Positions 1 to 11,648 of a DNA stretch of 64,000 bases are shown piece after piece. Positions within the stretch are counted from its first letter, which is position 1. Every line of letters starts with the position of its first letter. The position numbers and the translations under genes are program-made. The notes under the pieces are model-generated. The model was given only the letters and a program-made list of their open reading frames with translations, did not search any database and was not told where the DNA came from. Source of the stretch: Pseudomonadales bacterium (GTDB lineage Bacteria; Pseudomonadota; Gammaproteobacteria; Pseudomonadales; Azotimanducaceae); the NCBI GenBank assembly GCA_963691775.1, contig OY829369.1:2044480-2108479 (forward strand), written 5' to 3'.

Positions 1-110
1 AGGGGTGGCCCATTCCGGCAGCGCAGGCGCTGCATTCGGACCGGGCCTGAGACGTCCGAGGCACGGACGGACCCTTCGAACCTGATCCGGTCAGTACCGG
101 CGTAGGGATA
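1..110 (+). promoter_or_regulatory. TPP (THI-box) riboswitch; 5' edge (P1) possibly cut by the window
   Basis: Conserved THI-box blocks read directly: GGGGTG (2-7), CTGAGA (47-52), ACCCTTCGAACCTGATCCGG (71-90), AGTACCGGCGTAGGGA (93-108). Variable hairpins lie between them (cagcg/cgctg 19-32; cgtccg/cggacg 53-69). The element ends about 80 nt upstream of the TonB-receptor ATG at 189. Confidence 0.85.
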
Positions 111-188
111 GGTGAAGTCTCCGGGCACTGCCCGCCTTCCTCGCTCTCCTCGCACACGTCCGGGTCTCCTGCTGCTCGGGAGCCTGTC

Positions 189-2246
189 ATGCATCGATCC
201 ACCCTTACGCTGGGCGCGGCCGTTCTGTTCGCCTGCGCCTCCCCTCTTGCCGCCGAGATCGAGGAAGTCGTCGTCACCGGCGATCTTCGCGAAGCGGAAT
301 TGCTGCGCACGCCCGCCTCGGTCACCGTCGTCGACGCGGAAGTGATCGCCGCGCGCGGCGCGACCCATCTCGAGGATGTGCTCAATGTCGCGCCAAACGT
401 GAATGCCGCCTCCGGGGCCTCCCGCGCCCGCTTCTTCCAGGTGCGTGGCATCGGCGAGCGCGGGCAATTCGCCGAGCCCATTGATCCGTCCGTGGGCGTG
501 ATCGTCGACGACGTCGACCTCTCGGGCGCCGCCGGCGCCGCGGCGCTGTTCGACATGCAGCAGGTGGAAATCTTCCGCGGCCCGCAGAGCGGGCGCTACG
601 GTGCCAACGCTCATGCCGGCCTCATCGTCCTGCGTTCGAACGCGCCCACAGACACCGCTGAGGGCTACCTGAATCTCGAGGCCGGCGAGTTCGACAGCCG
701 GCGCCTGGGTGCGGCCCTCTCCGGCCCCATCGCGGGCGAGTCGCTCACCGGCCGCATCGCCGTCCAGGTGAACGAGTCGGACGGCTACATCGACAATGTT
801 TTCCTCGGTCGACCCACCGGCGATCGCGACGAGGCGGCACTGCGCACGCGCCTGCGCTGGCGGGCAAGCGACGCGCTCACCGCCGACTTCACCTACACGC
901 GAGTGGAGATCGACAACGGCTACGATCACTTCAGCTTCGAATCGAACCGGGACACGCGCTCAGACGCTCCCGGGCAGGACGATCAGGACGCCGACCTCGT
1001 TTCCCTGCGCCTGTCCTGGGACGGCCCCGGCCGCGACGCCGAGGTGATCGCCGCGCACTCGAACTCGCGCATCGACTACGGCTACGACGAGGACTGGTCC
1101 TTTGTCGGGCTGCACCCCGACGAGTACAGCTCCACAGACCGCTACCTGCGCAATCGCGACACCCTCACGCTGGAGGCGCGCGTGCGCTCCGACGAGGATG
1201 GCCGCGTACTCGGCGAGCGCGGCGACTGGCTCGCGGGGGTCTACTTCCACGAGCGTGAAGTCGATCTCACGCGCCTGTATACCTTTCTTCCCGGCCCCTT
1301 CTCGTCGAGCTACGAGACGCGGCGCCTCGCCGCGTTCGGCGAGCTCGGCTACGACCTGCGGGACGATCTGCGCATTGTCGGCGGCATGCGCTTCGAGCTC
1401 CGCGATGATCGCTACGACGATTCGAACGGCGTCAGCTTCGATCCGGACGACGATCTCTGGGGCGGGCGCCTGGGGCTGGAATGGGACCTCGGCGGCGATC
1501 TGCTTGCTTTCGTGACGACTGCCCGCGGCTACAAGGCGGGCGGCTTCAACACCGACGGCACGCTCGACGCAGAACTGCGCCAGTTCGATTCCGAGTCCGT
1601 GTGGAACCACGAGATCGGCCTCAAGGGGCGCTTCGTCGACGGCGCCCTCGGCGCGCGCGTCGCCCTGTTCTGGATGGACCGGGAGGACCAGCAGGTCGCG
1701 ACGTCCATCGTCCGCGTCCGTCCCGATGGCAGCTCGGAGTTCATCGACTTCATCGGCAATGCCGCCGAAGGCACGAACCGCGGCATGGAAATCGAGTTCG
1801 ACTGGATCGCAACCGAGCAATTGACGCTGTCCGGCAGCCTCGGCCTGCTCGGCACGGAACTCGAGAACTTCGTGAACAGCGCTGGCGACGATCTCTCCGG
1901 TCGGGATCAAGCGCACGCGCCCCGCTACCAGTTTCACCTCGCAGCAGACTGGGCCGGACCGCGTGGGCTGTTTGCGCGCCTGGAAACAGAGGGCCGAGAC
2001 GACTTCTACTGGTCCGATTCACACGCCGAGCGCAACAGCGCCTACGAACTCGTGCACGCCCGCGTCGGATGGCGCGGGGAGCGCCTCGAGGTATCGGTGT
2101 TCGGACGCAATCTGACCGACGAAGACTACGGCGTGCGCGGCTTCGGCGGGTTCGGCAACGACCCCCGCAACGGCTATCTGACCCAGGAGTACGTTCAGCT
2201 CGGAGAGCCGCGGATCATTGGCGTCAGCGCCCGCTTGGGGTTCTGA
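189..2246 (+). CDS. TonB-dependent outer-membrane receptor
   Basis: 685-aa ORF with signal peptide MHRSTLTLGAAVLFACASPLAA. Plug domain starts EIEEVVVTG, with FQVRGIGERG and FRGPQSGRYGANAHAG motifs. Long beta-barrel region ends ...GVSARLGF with a terminal aromatic residue. Confidence 0.93.
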   Translation: MHRSTLTLGAAVLFACASPLAAEIEEVVVTGDLREAELLRTPASVTVVDAEVIAARGATHLEDVLNVAPNVNAASGASRARFFQVRGIGERGQFAEPIDPSVGVIVDDVDLSGAAGAAALFDMQQVEIFRGPQSGRYGANAHAGLIVLRSNAPTDTAEGYLNLEAGEFDSRRLGAALSGPIAGESLTGRIAVQVNESDGYIDNVFLGRPTGDRDEAALRTRLRWRASDALTADFTYTRVEIDNGYDHFSFESNRDTRSDAPGQDDQDADLVSLRLSWDGPGRDAEVIAAHSNSRIDYGYDEDWSFVGLHPDEYSSTDRYLRNRDTLTLEARVRSDEDGRVLGERGDWLAGVYFHEREVDLTRLYTFLPGPFSSSYETRRLAAFGELGYDLRDDLRIVGGMRFELRDDRYDDSNGVSFDPDDDLWGGRLGLEWDLGGDLLAFVTTARGYKAGGFNTDGTLDAELRQFDSESVWNHEIGLKGRFVDGALGARVALFWMDREDQQVATSIVRVRPDGSSEFIDFIGNAAEGTNRGMEIEFDWIATEQLTLSGSLGLLGTELENFVNSAGDDLSGRDQAHAPRYQFHLAADWAGPRGLFARLETEGRDDFYWSDSHAERNSAYELVHARVGWRGERLEVSVFGRNLTDEDYGVRGFGGFGNDPRNGYLTQEYVQLGEPRIIGVSARLGF

Positions 2247-2247
2247 G

Positions 2248-2508
2248 ATGCAGGCTTCGGTAGAGATCACCTTCTATCCGATCCGGGATGCTTATCTGGA
2301 GCCGATCGAGGGCGTCATTGCCGCCCTCGAGGCCTCGCCGGGCGTCGAAATCATCGTCAACCATATGAGCACCCAGCTCTATGGGGAGTACCAGGCCGTC
2401 ATGGCGGCGGTGACCGGCGCAATGGCGCCGGCACTCGAACGAGCGCCGGGCGCTTTCGTGCTCAAGGTGCTCGGCATCGACGCTCGCGCACCGCACCCGC
2501 GCCCATGA
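2248..2508 (+). CDS. YkoF/MTH1187-like (thiamine/HMP-binding fold) small protein
   Basis: ATG at 2248, 1 nt after the receptor stop; 86 aa. MQASVEITFYPIRDAYLEPIEGVIAALE...HMSTQLYGEYQAVM matches the pattern of the roughly 90-aa MTH1187/YkoF family. The track start at 2218 overlaps the receptor and is less likely. Confidence 0.65.
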   Translation: MQASVEITFYPIRDAYLEPIEGVIAALEASPGVEIIVNHMSTQLYGEYQAVMAAVTGAMAPALERAPGAFVLKVLGIDARAPHPRP

Positions 2509-2554
2509 GCCGCCGGCGCTAGACTGCGGGTCCCGTTCGGCGATCCCGCTGCCG

Positions 2555-3091
2555 ATGCAAGGAGAGGCCGTGCCGACCGATCTGCCTGCAGAACCGCCCT
2601 CTGAAGATCGCACGGCAGATCCGGGTGAGGATGCGTTCGCGGCGGAGGTGCGCGCGGACCCGCAGCGGATACACGCACTCGCACCGCGTCTGCACTGCGG
2701 CGATGCGCGCGCCGAGCGCAGCGCTGCCCTCGGCTGCGCCGCGCTCGCACAGAACGAACCGCACTTGCTGCAGCCCGCCCTGGGCCGCCTCATCCGCCTC
2801 GCCCACACCACCGACGACTCGACAATCCGCACGGCATTGGCCGCGACGCTGCCGCGTCTCCAGCTTGGCAGCGGGGAGGCAGCGCGCCTTGCCTTCGTGT
2901 TCGAGGCCTGGCTCGAAGACGGCGCACCGGATCTGCAGCGCGCGGCCATGGATGCGCTGGTTGCGCTTGTCCCCCAGCGCCCGGCCCTCGCGCGGCGTAT
3001 CCGCAGCGTGATCGAACGACGCGCCGCCCTCGGGTCTCCGACGGCGCGCAAGCATGGCCTCGCTCTGCTGGGGAAGCTGAAAGAGTTCTGA
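2555..3091 (+). CDS. hypothetical protein, helical-repeat (HEAT-like) appearance
   Basis: 178-aa ORF with GC3-rich codons, same strand and tight spacing in the riboswitch operon. Repeated ALxxL/AAxxAL helical segments. An alternative GTG start at 2570 has a better-spaced AAGGAG. No family recognised. Confidence 0.55.
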   Translation: MQGEAVPTDLPAEPPSEDRTADPGEDAFAAEVRADPQRIHALAPRLHCGDARAERSAALGCAALAQNEPHLLQPALGRLIRLAHTTDDSTIRTALAATLPRLQLGSGEAARLAFVFEAWLEDGAPDLQRAAMDALVALVPQRPALARRIRSVIERRAALGSPTARKHGLALLGKLKEF

Positions 3092-3166
3092 GTCCCCAAG
3101 CGCGCGCCTTCTGTCGGCATACTTCGCCCCGAGCTCGCGCGCCGTACGCAAGAGGACCCGCAACGC

Positions 3167-3619
3167 ATGACCGACGACGCCCTCCTGACCCTCGCCGACA
3201 CCTGGCGCGATCAGATACCCATCACGGACGCCATGGCCCTGACGCCGAAGCGCTTCGAGGATCATGCGCTGCATGTGCAGGCAGCGCTCGCGCCAAACGT
3301 GAACGTTCACGGCACCGCCTTTGCCGGCAGCCTGTACGCGATCGCCGCGCTCTCCGGCTGGGGGCTCGTGCATCTGGAACTCGGCGCAGCCGGGCTCGAT
3401 GGCAGCATCGTCATCGCCGAGGGACAGATCGCCTATCAGCGCCCCGTGCAGGAAGACATCGTCGCCCGCTGCGCGACCGACGCTGCGGAGGTCGCCGAGA
3501 TCACCGAGCGCCTGCGCTGCGACGGACGGGTACGCTGGCCGCTCACCTCCCGGATCGAAGCCGCCGGTCGGGAAGCCGTGCGCTTCGAGGGCGTATACGC
3601 GGTCAAGCTGCGCGCCTGA
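3167..3619 (+). CDS. YiiD C-terminal-type putative thioesterase (hot-dog fold) protein
   Basis: 150 aa. IPITDAMAL...LHVQAALAPNVNVHGTAFAGSLYAIAALSGWGLV matches the YiiD_C (TIGR02447-like) pattern as I remember it. Confidence 0.7.
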   Translation: MTDDALLTLADTWRDQIPITDAMALTPKRFEDHALHVQAALAPNVNVHGTAFAGSLYAIAALSGWGLVHLELGAAGLDGSIVIAEGQIAYQRPVQEDIVARCATDAAEVAEITERLRCDGRVRWPLTSRIEAAGREAVRFEGVYAVKLRA

Positions 3620-3637
3620 ACACCGCTGAGTTCTGCA

Positions 3638-4371
3638 ATGCGCACACGCCTCTGCTGCCTGACTCTTCTTATCCTTCTGCCGCTGGCCGGGCACGGGGCC
3701 GATCCTCTTCGCACGACGCAGCTGCTGCTCGACGCGGGCCTGCTGCGGGAAGCCGAACGCGCGCAGGCCGTCTTCGTTGCCGCCCTGATCGAGGCCGGCC
3801 TGCCGGACGACGGTGATCCCTTCCTGACGAGCGCCGTGCAAACCGCCTTTCCAGCGAGCCGCGTGCGCGAGCGCTGGATTCGCCTGATCTCGGAGCAGCT
3901 TTCCGCCGCTGAGCTTGCCGCGGCCGCCGATTTCTATCGCTCAGTGCCAGGGCAAGCGTTCACGCAGGCCCTGCGCGCCGCTCCGGACGCGGTGGCGCCC
4001 GACCCGCCAGCCGATCTTCAGGCGGCGGTGCACGCCATGGAGGCCCCTACGCGGGAAGCGGTCCTGCGCGTGCGCACCGGCGGCTTCGCGCTCTGGTTGA
4101 CCGAGCAGGAAAAGGGCAATCGCCGCATTCTGCTAGAAGATGCCTGGGACGATGCGCTCGAACGCTACGGACGCGCCACGCGGACGCCGGAGATCGCTGC
4201 CCTGCAGCGCATTGCTCCGGTCCACGCGCTCGGGTTCGCCGATTTCGCCATGAGCGCCGCGGGGCAACGTTTTCACGGCAAGCTCACCGCGGCTCTGGAC
4301 CTCGCGCTCGCGGAACTTGCCCGCGAGCACAAAGGCACCGTTCGACGCGCGCTGATTCGAAGAGCCGGGGC

Positions 4372-4387
<16 letters not shown>
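3638..4387 (+). CDS. secreted hypothetical protein
   Basis: 249 aa. N-terminal signal peptide MRTRLCCLTLLILLPLAGHGADP, then an Ala/Leu-rich helical body. Starts 18 nt after the previous gene. Its 3' end overlaps the convergent gene by 16 nt. Confidence 0.6.
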
Positions 4388-8048
<3,661 letters not shown>

Positions 8049-8090
8049 CTAAGCTCTGCCAGATGACCTGCCACGAGGAGAGGGCCGAAC

Positions 8091-8372
8091 GTGCAACGGC
8101 AGAAGGTGCTCGTGCTCTATCTGCAGAACTCAGCGCTCGACTCGAAGGTCGTGTCCTGGGCGCGCTACGACGGCACGGGGGACCATACGCACATGCCCGG
8201 CGACGACGATGAGCCACCCTATCGCAGCGGCCTTGATGCGCTTCGCGACGGCTGGCGCCTGATCCAGATGTCACCTCTCGTTCAACACGCTCCTGGCGCC
8301 GAGTTCGTAACTGGCTATCAGAAGTACGAGTTCCTCTTCGAGCAGCTCGCCGAGGTGGAGGCGCACGCGTGA
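8091..8372 (+). CDS. hypothetical protein (93 aa)
   Basis: GTG start preceded by GAGGAGAGGG. GC3-rich frame. Its stop overlaps the GTG of the next gene (GTGA). No family recognised. Confidence 0.6.
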   Translation: MQRQKVLVLYLQNSALDSKVVSWARYDGTGDHTHMPGDDDEPPYRSGLDALRDGWRLIQMSPLVQHAPGAEFVTGYQKYEFLFEQLAEVEAHA

Positions 8373-9307
8373 GCGACGCCTACCTCCTCGACAGCCGACG
8401 CATGGCGGAATTCGTCGCCCGTGGCTTCCTGAAGTTCGACGCCCTCATCCCCGAGGCGATCAACGCGGCTTTCATGGCCTCCCTGCCGTCCGCCGAGCGC
8501 GCTGAGGGAGAGCCGTTTATGATGAGCTACGGCCGCATGCTTGCGCAGAGCGGCGTGCCGGAGATTGCCGCGGGCAGTCCCTTTGCGGAGGCTTTCGACG
8601 CACCCTCGCCGCTCGGCCGCCTGTTCGCGCTGCCGGAGGTGCAGGGCATCATCCGCTCCCTCGTCGGCGCCGATCCGATCTTCGACCATCACTTCCTGCA
8701 CTTCGCCTTTCCACCGGCCTTCTACCGCGACGGTGACCCGCCGCAGCGCGCCCAGGACCTGCATCAGGACTCGACCATCGATCCGCGCCGCAGCGCCTTC
8801 GATATCCAGATCATGTACTACCCCCACGCGGTCGGCCCAGGGGACGGCGGTACCCGCTATGTTCCGGGCAGCCACCTACGCGTGGTGAGTGAGGTCGCGA
8901 TCGGCCGCTATCAGAACGTGCTCGGCCAGCAGCACATGACGTGCCCGGCCGGAACGCTCCTCGTGCTCCACCACGGTCTCTGGCACGGCGGCGGCATCAA
9001 TCGCGGTGCGGGCCTGCGCACGATGTACAAGGTGCGCCTGAATCCGGCGGTGCCGCAGGTGCGGCTCTGGGATACGTCGGACCTGACCGAGGCGGACAGT
9101 GCGCAGCGGCCGATCTTCCTGCGCACCCGGCCGACGCCGCAGGACGGGCTACACGAAACACTCATGCGCCTGGAGCCCTGGTACGAAGCCGACACGGGGC
9201 GCCTCGAACTGCTGGCGCGGGCGCGGCTCTGGCGCAGCCTTCTCGGCGACGCGCAGGCAGATATCGACTACTGGCTGACGCGGGTGGAGAACGAACCCAC
9301 CGCGTAG
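8369..9307 (+). CDS. phytanoyl-CoA dioxygenase (PhyH) family Fe(II)/2-oxoglutarate oxygenase
   Basis: 312 aa. LHQDSTIDPR (HxD) and a later LVLHHGLWHGGGIN His motif. Size and layout are typical of the PhyH family. Confidence 0.75.
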   Translation: MSDAYLLDSRRMAEFVARGFLKFDALIPEAINAAFMASLPSAERAEGEPFMMSYGRMLAQSGVPEIAAGSPFAEAFDAPSPLGRLFALPEVQGIIRSLVGADPIFDHHFLHFAFPPAFYRDGDPPQRAQDLHQDSTIDPRRSAFDIQIMYYPHAVGPGDGGTRYVPGSHLRVVSEVAIGRYQNVLGQQHMTCPAGTLLVLHHGLWHGGGINRGAGLRTMYKVRLNPAVPQVRLWDTSDLTEADSAQRPIFLRTRPTPQDGLHETLMRLEPWYEADTGRLELLARARLWRSLLGDAQADIDYWLTRVENEPTA

Positions 9308-9310
9308 GCG

Positions 9311-10132
9311 TCAGTCGCGCGACCAGTTCGGCGTGCGCTTGCCGACGAAGGCCGCGACGCCCTCGCGGTAGTCCCCGCCCTTCATCATCGCTTCAAGCCG
9401 CGCCTCCGAGTCGATCACGGCCTCCGCTGCGCTGCGGTGAAGGTCGGCGTAGACCTGGTGACGGGTCGCCGTCAGCGAGCTGGGCGCGACGCGCGCCAGC
9501 ACATCGGCCAGATAGGCGCGCGCCTGCGCGACCACCTGATCCTTCGGCGCCACCGCGTTCACGAGGCCCATGGCGAGCGCCTCCTCGGCAAGGAACTTCC
9601 GCGAGGACAGGAGCAGGTCGTTCGCCCGCGTGAGGCCGATCATTTTCGGCAGCAGCCAGGACAGTCCGTACTCAGCCGGCAGCCCGAGAGGGCCATGGGC
9701 CGTGGTCATCTTCGCGCCCTCGGCGGCGAAGCGCAGATCGCACCAGCACGCGAGCGCGAAGCCGACGCCGGCCGCGGCGCCATTGATCGCGGCGACGACC
9801 GGCTTGGTGAGGCCGCAGTGCCAGGCGAAGAACGCCTCGAACTCGGGCCTCACGCCAGAGCCGGGCTGAGCGAGATCAACGGGGGTTCCCGGGTCGTAGC
9901 CCCCCTTCGCGACGTGGCCTTCGAGGGCCTTCGCGTCACCGCCGGCGCAGAATGCGCGGCCTTCTCCGGTAACGATGATCGCGCCCACATCCGGATCGTG
10001 ATCGGCCTGCTGCATGAGCCAGCGATACTCCGTATGCATGCGTCCGGTCCACGCATTCATGCGCTCCGGCCGATGCAGGGTCACGGTGGCGATAGCGTCC
10101 TCGACAGCGTAGCGCGTCGCCTTCAGTTCCAT
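9311..10132 (-). CDS. enoyl-CoA hydratase/isomerase (crotonase) family protein
   Basis: Start re-placed to MELKATRYAVEDAIATVTLHRPERMNAW (ATG 10132). GEGRAFCAGGD oxyanion-hole motif. 273 aa. Confidence 0.88.
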   Translation of the reverse strand: MELKATRYAVEDAIATVTLHRPERMNAWTGRMHTEYRWLMQQADHDPDVGAIIVTGEGRAFCAGGDAKALEGHVAKGGYDPGTPVDLAQPGSGVRPEFEAFFAWHCGLTKPVVAAINGAAAGVGFALACWCDLRFAAEGAKMTTAHGPLGLPAEYGLSWLLPKMIGLTRANDLLLSSRKFLAEEALAMGLVNAVAPKDQVVAQARAYLADVLARVAPSSLTATRHQVYADLHRSAAEAVIDSEARLEAMMKGGDYREGVAAFVGKRTPNWSRD

Positions 10133-10142
10133 CGAGGTCTCC

Positions 10143-10565
10143 TCAGGGTTCGGTGGCGAAAACCATCGCATCGTCTGCAAAGGCCTTGAACTCCAATCCG
10201 TTGCCAGACGGATCAAGCAGGAAGAGGGTGCGCTGCTCACCGGCGCTGCCGGCAAAGCGGACATGCGGCTCGATGAGAAACTCGACCTCGGCTGCGCGCA
10301 GGCGGGCAGCGAGCGCGTCCCAGTCCGGCACGTCGAGGATCACGCCGAAGTGCCGCACGGGCACGTCGTGTCCATCCACCGGATTACTCGCTGGCCCCGA
10401 CGGCTGTTCGTCGACGAGGTGAGCTGTCACCTGATGCCCGGCGAGATCGAAGTCGATCCAGCGATCGCTCTCCCGGCCGACGCCGCAGTGCAGCAGCTCG
10501 GTGTAGAAGGCCCGCGTACGCGGCAGATCCGTGACCGGAATGGCGAGATGGAAGCGCGGTCTCAT
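10143..10565 (-). CDS. VOC (glyoxalase/bleomycin-resistance/dioxygenase) family protein
   Basis: 140 aa. [25 protein letters not shown]..., then HFGVILD and [22 protein letters not shown] 6 nt upstream. Confidence 0.8.
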   Translation of the reverse strand: MRPRFHLAIPVTDLPRTRAFYTELLHCGVGRESDRWIDFDLAGHQVTAHLVDEQPSGPASNPVDGHDVPVRHFGVILDVPDWDALAARLRAAEVEFLIEPHVRFAGSAGEQRTLFLLDPSGNGLEFKAFADDAMVFATEP

Positions 10566-10583
10566 GGTCGTCTCCTGTCGGCC

Positions 10584-11648
10584 TCAGCCCTGCGCAAGCG
10601 CACTTGCGAGCACGCTTGCGAGCACGGGCCGGGCGTCATCGAACGCAGCGGCAAGGCGGAACTGGGCCTCGGCGCGCGCGAGGTTCTGTCCCGGTTGGCG
10701 CACGCGGAAGTAGCGATCGCCGTCGAGATGATCGGTGAGGAAGCGCACGCCGAGCATGAAGGACATGTGTGCCGGAGCGGCAATGCAGGCACGGATTTCC
10801 TCCTCCGCGAGCGCCTCGCCGAGTCCGGCAAAGAACCCTCCGGCGCCCGCCCGGAGCATCCCATCGTCGACGCTCGCGCGGGCCGGGTCGTCCTCGTCTC
10901 CAAGACTCGCGGCGCTACGCAGAAAGTCGCCGAGATCCCAGGCGAGGGGCCCGATCATCACCGTGTCCCAATCGACGAGCGCCGGGGCACCGCCTCCGCG
11001 CCCGGGCAAGAGGAAGTTGGAGAACTTCGGATCGCCGTGCAGCACGCGCACCGCACCTGCATCCGGCGCGGCAGCTTCGCGCTCGGGCAACTCCGCGTTG
11101 ACGCGGTCGATCAACGCACGCGCAGAATCCTGACGTTCGCGCCTGGCGTTCGCTACCGCAGCGCGGAAGTTCGCCGTACGCGTGGCGAGATCGTGGAAGG
11201 CTTCGTGCACGGGATGCAGCGCGGCCCCGTCGAGCGACGACAGCTGGGCGAGGACCACAGCAAGCGCCTGCCCTGCCGCTTCCGCTTCTTTCAGCGAGCC
11301 GGGGCGCGTCCGCACCACGCGATCGGGCAGCCAGGCAAAGACACGCCACAGGCCCGCATCGGTTTCCAGGCAGAGGGCGCCGTCCGCTGCGGGCCGGAGC
11401 GCGGGGGTCAGCGAACGCCGTGCGTCCTTGCCCGCAAGGTGCGCGAGCACCACCTCCATGTTCGCCTGCACCGCCCTCGCCTGGGGAAAAACGCCGTGGT
11501 TCAGCCACTGGAGAAGCCATTCATTCGTCGCGTCGGCGACATACCACGTTTCGTTGATATGGCCGGTCGTGAGCAACTCGATCCGCTCCGGCACGATGCC
11601 GTAGCGCGCAAGCGCGACCTCCGCGCCCTTGGCATTCGGCCGCATCAC
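10584..11648 (-). CDS. APH/choline-kinase-fold phosphotransferase, possibly an N-acetylhexosamine 1-kinase-like sugar kinase
   Basis: 354 aa. Brenner motif HGDPKFSNFLL and metal motif LVDWDTVMIGPLAWDLGD. Its start (GTG 11648 or ATG 11645) overlaps the stop of the upstream GH20 gene. Confidence 0.7.
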   Translation of the reverse strand: MMRPNAKGAEVALARYGIVPERIELLTTGHINETWYVADATNEWLLQWLNHGVFPQARAVQANMEVVLAHLAGKDARRSLTPALRPAADGALCLETDAGLWRVFAWLPDRVVRTRPGSLKEAEAAGQALAVVLAQLSSLDGAALHPVHEAFHDLATRTANFRAAVANARRERQDSARALIDRVNAELPEREAAAPDAGAVRVLHGDPKFSNFLLPGRGGGAPALVDWDTVMIGPLAWDLGDFLRSAASLGDEDDPARASVDDGMLRAGAGGFFAGLGEALAEEEIRACIAAPAHMSFMLGVRFLTDHLDGDRYFRVRQPGQNLARAEAQFRLAAAFDDARPVLASVLASALAQG

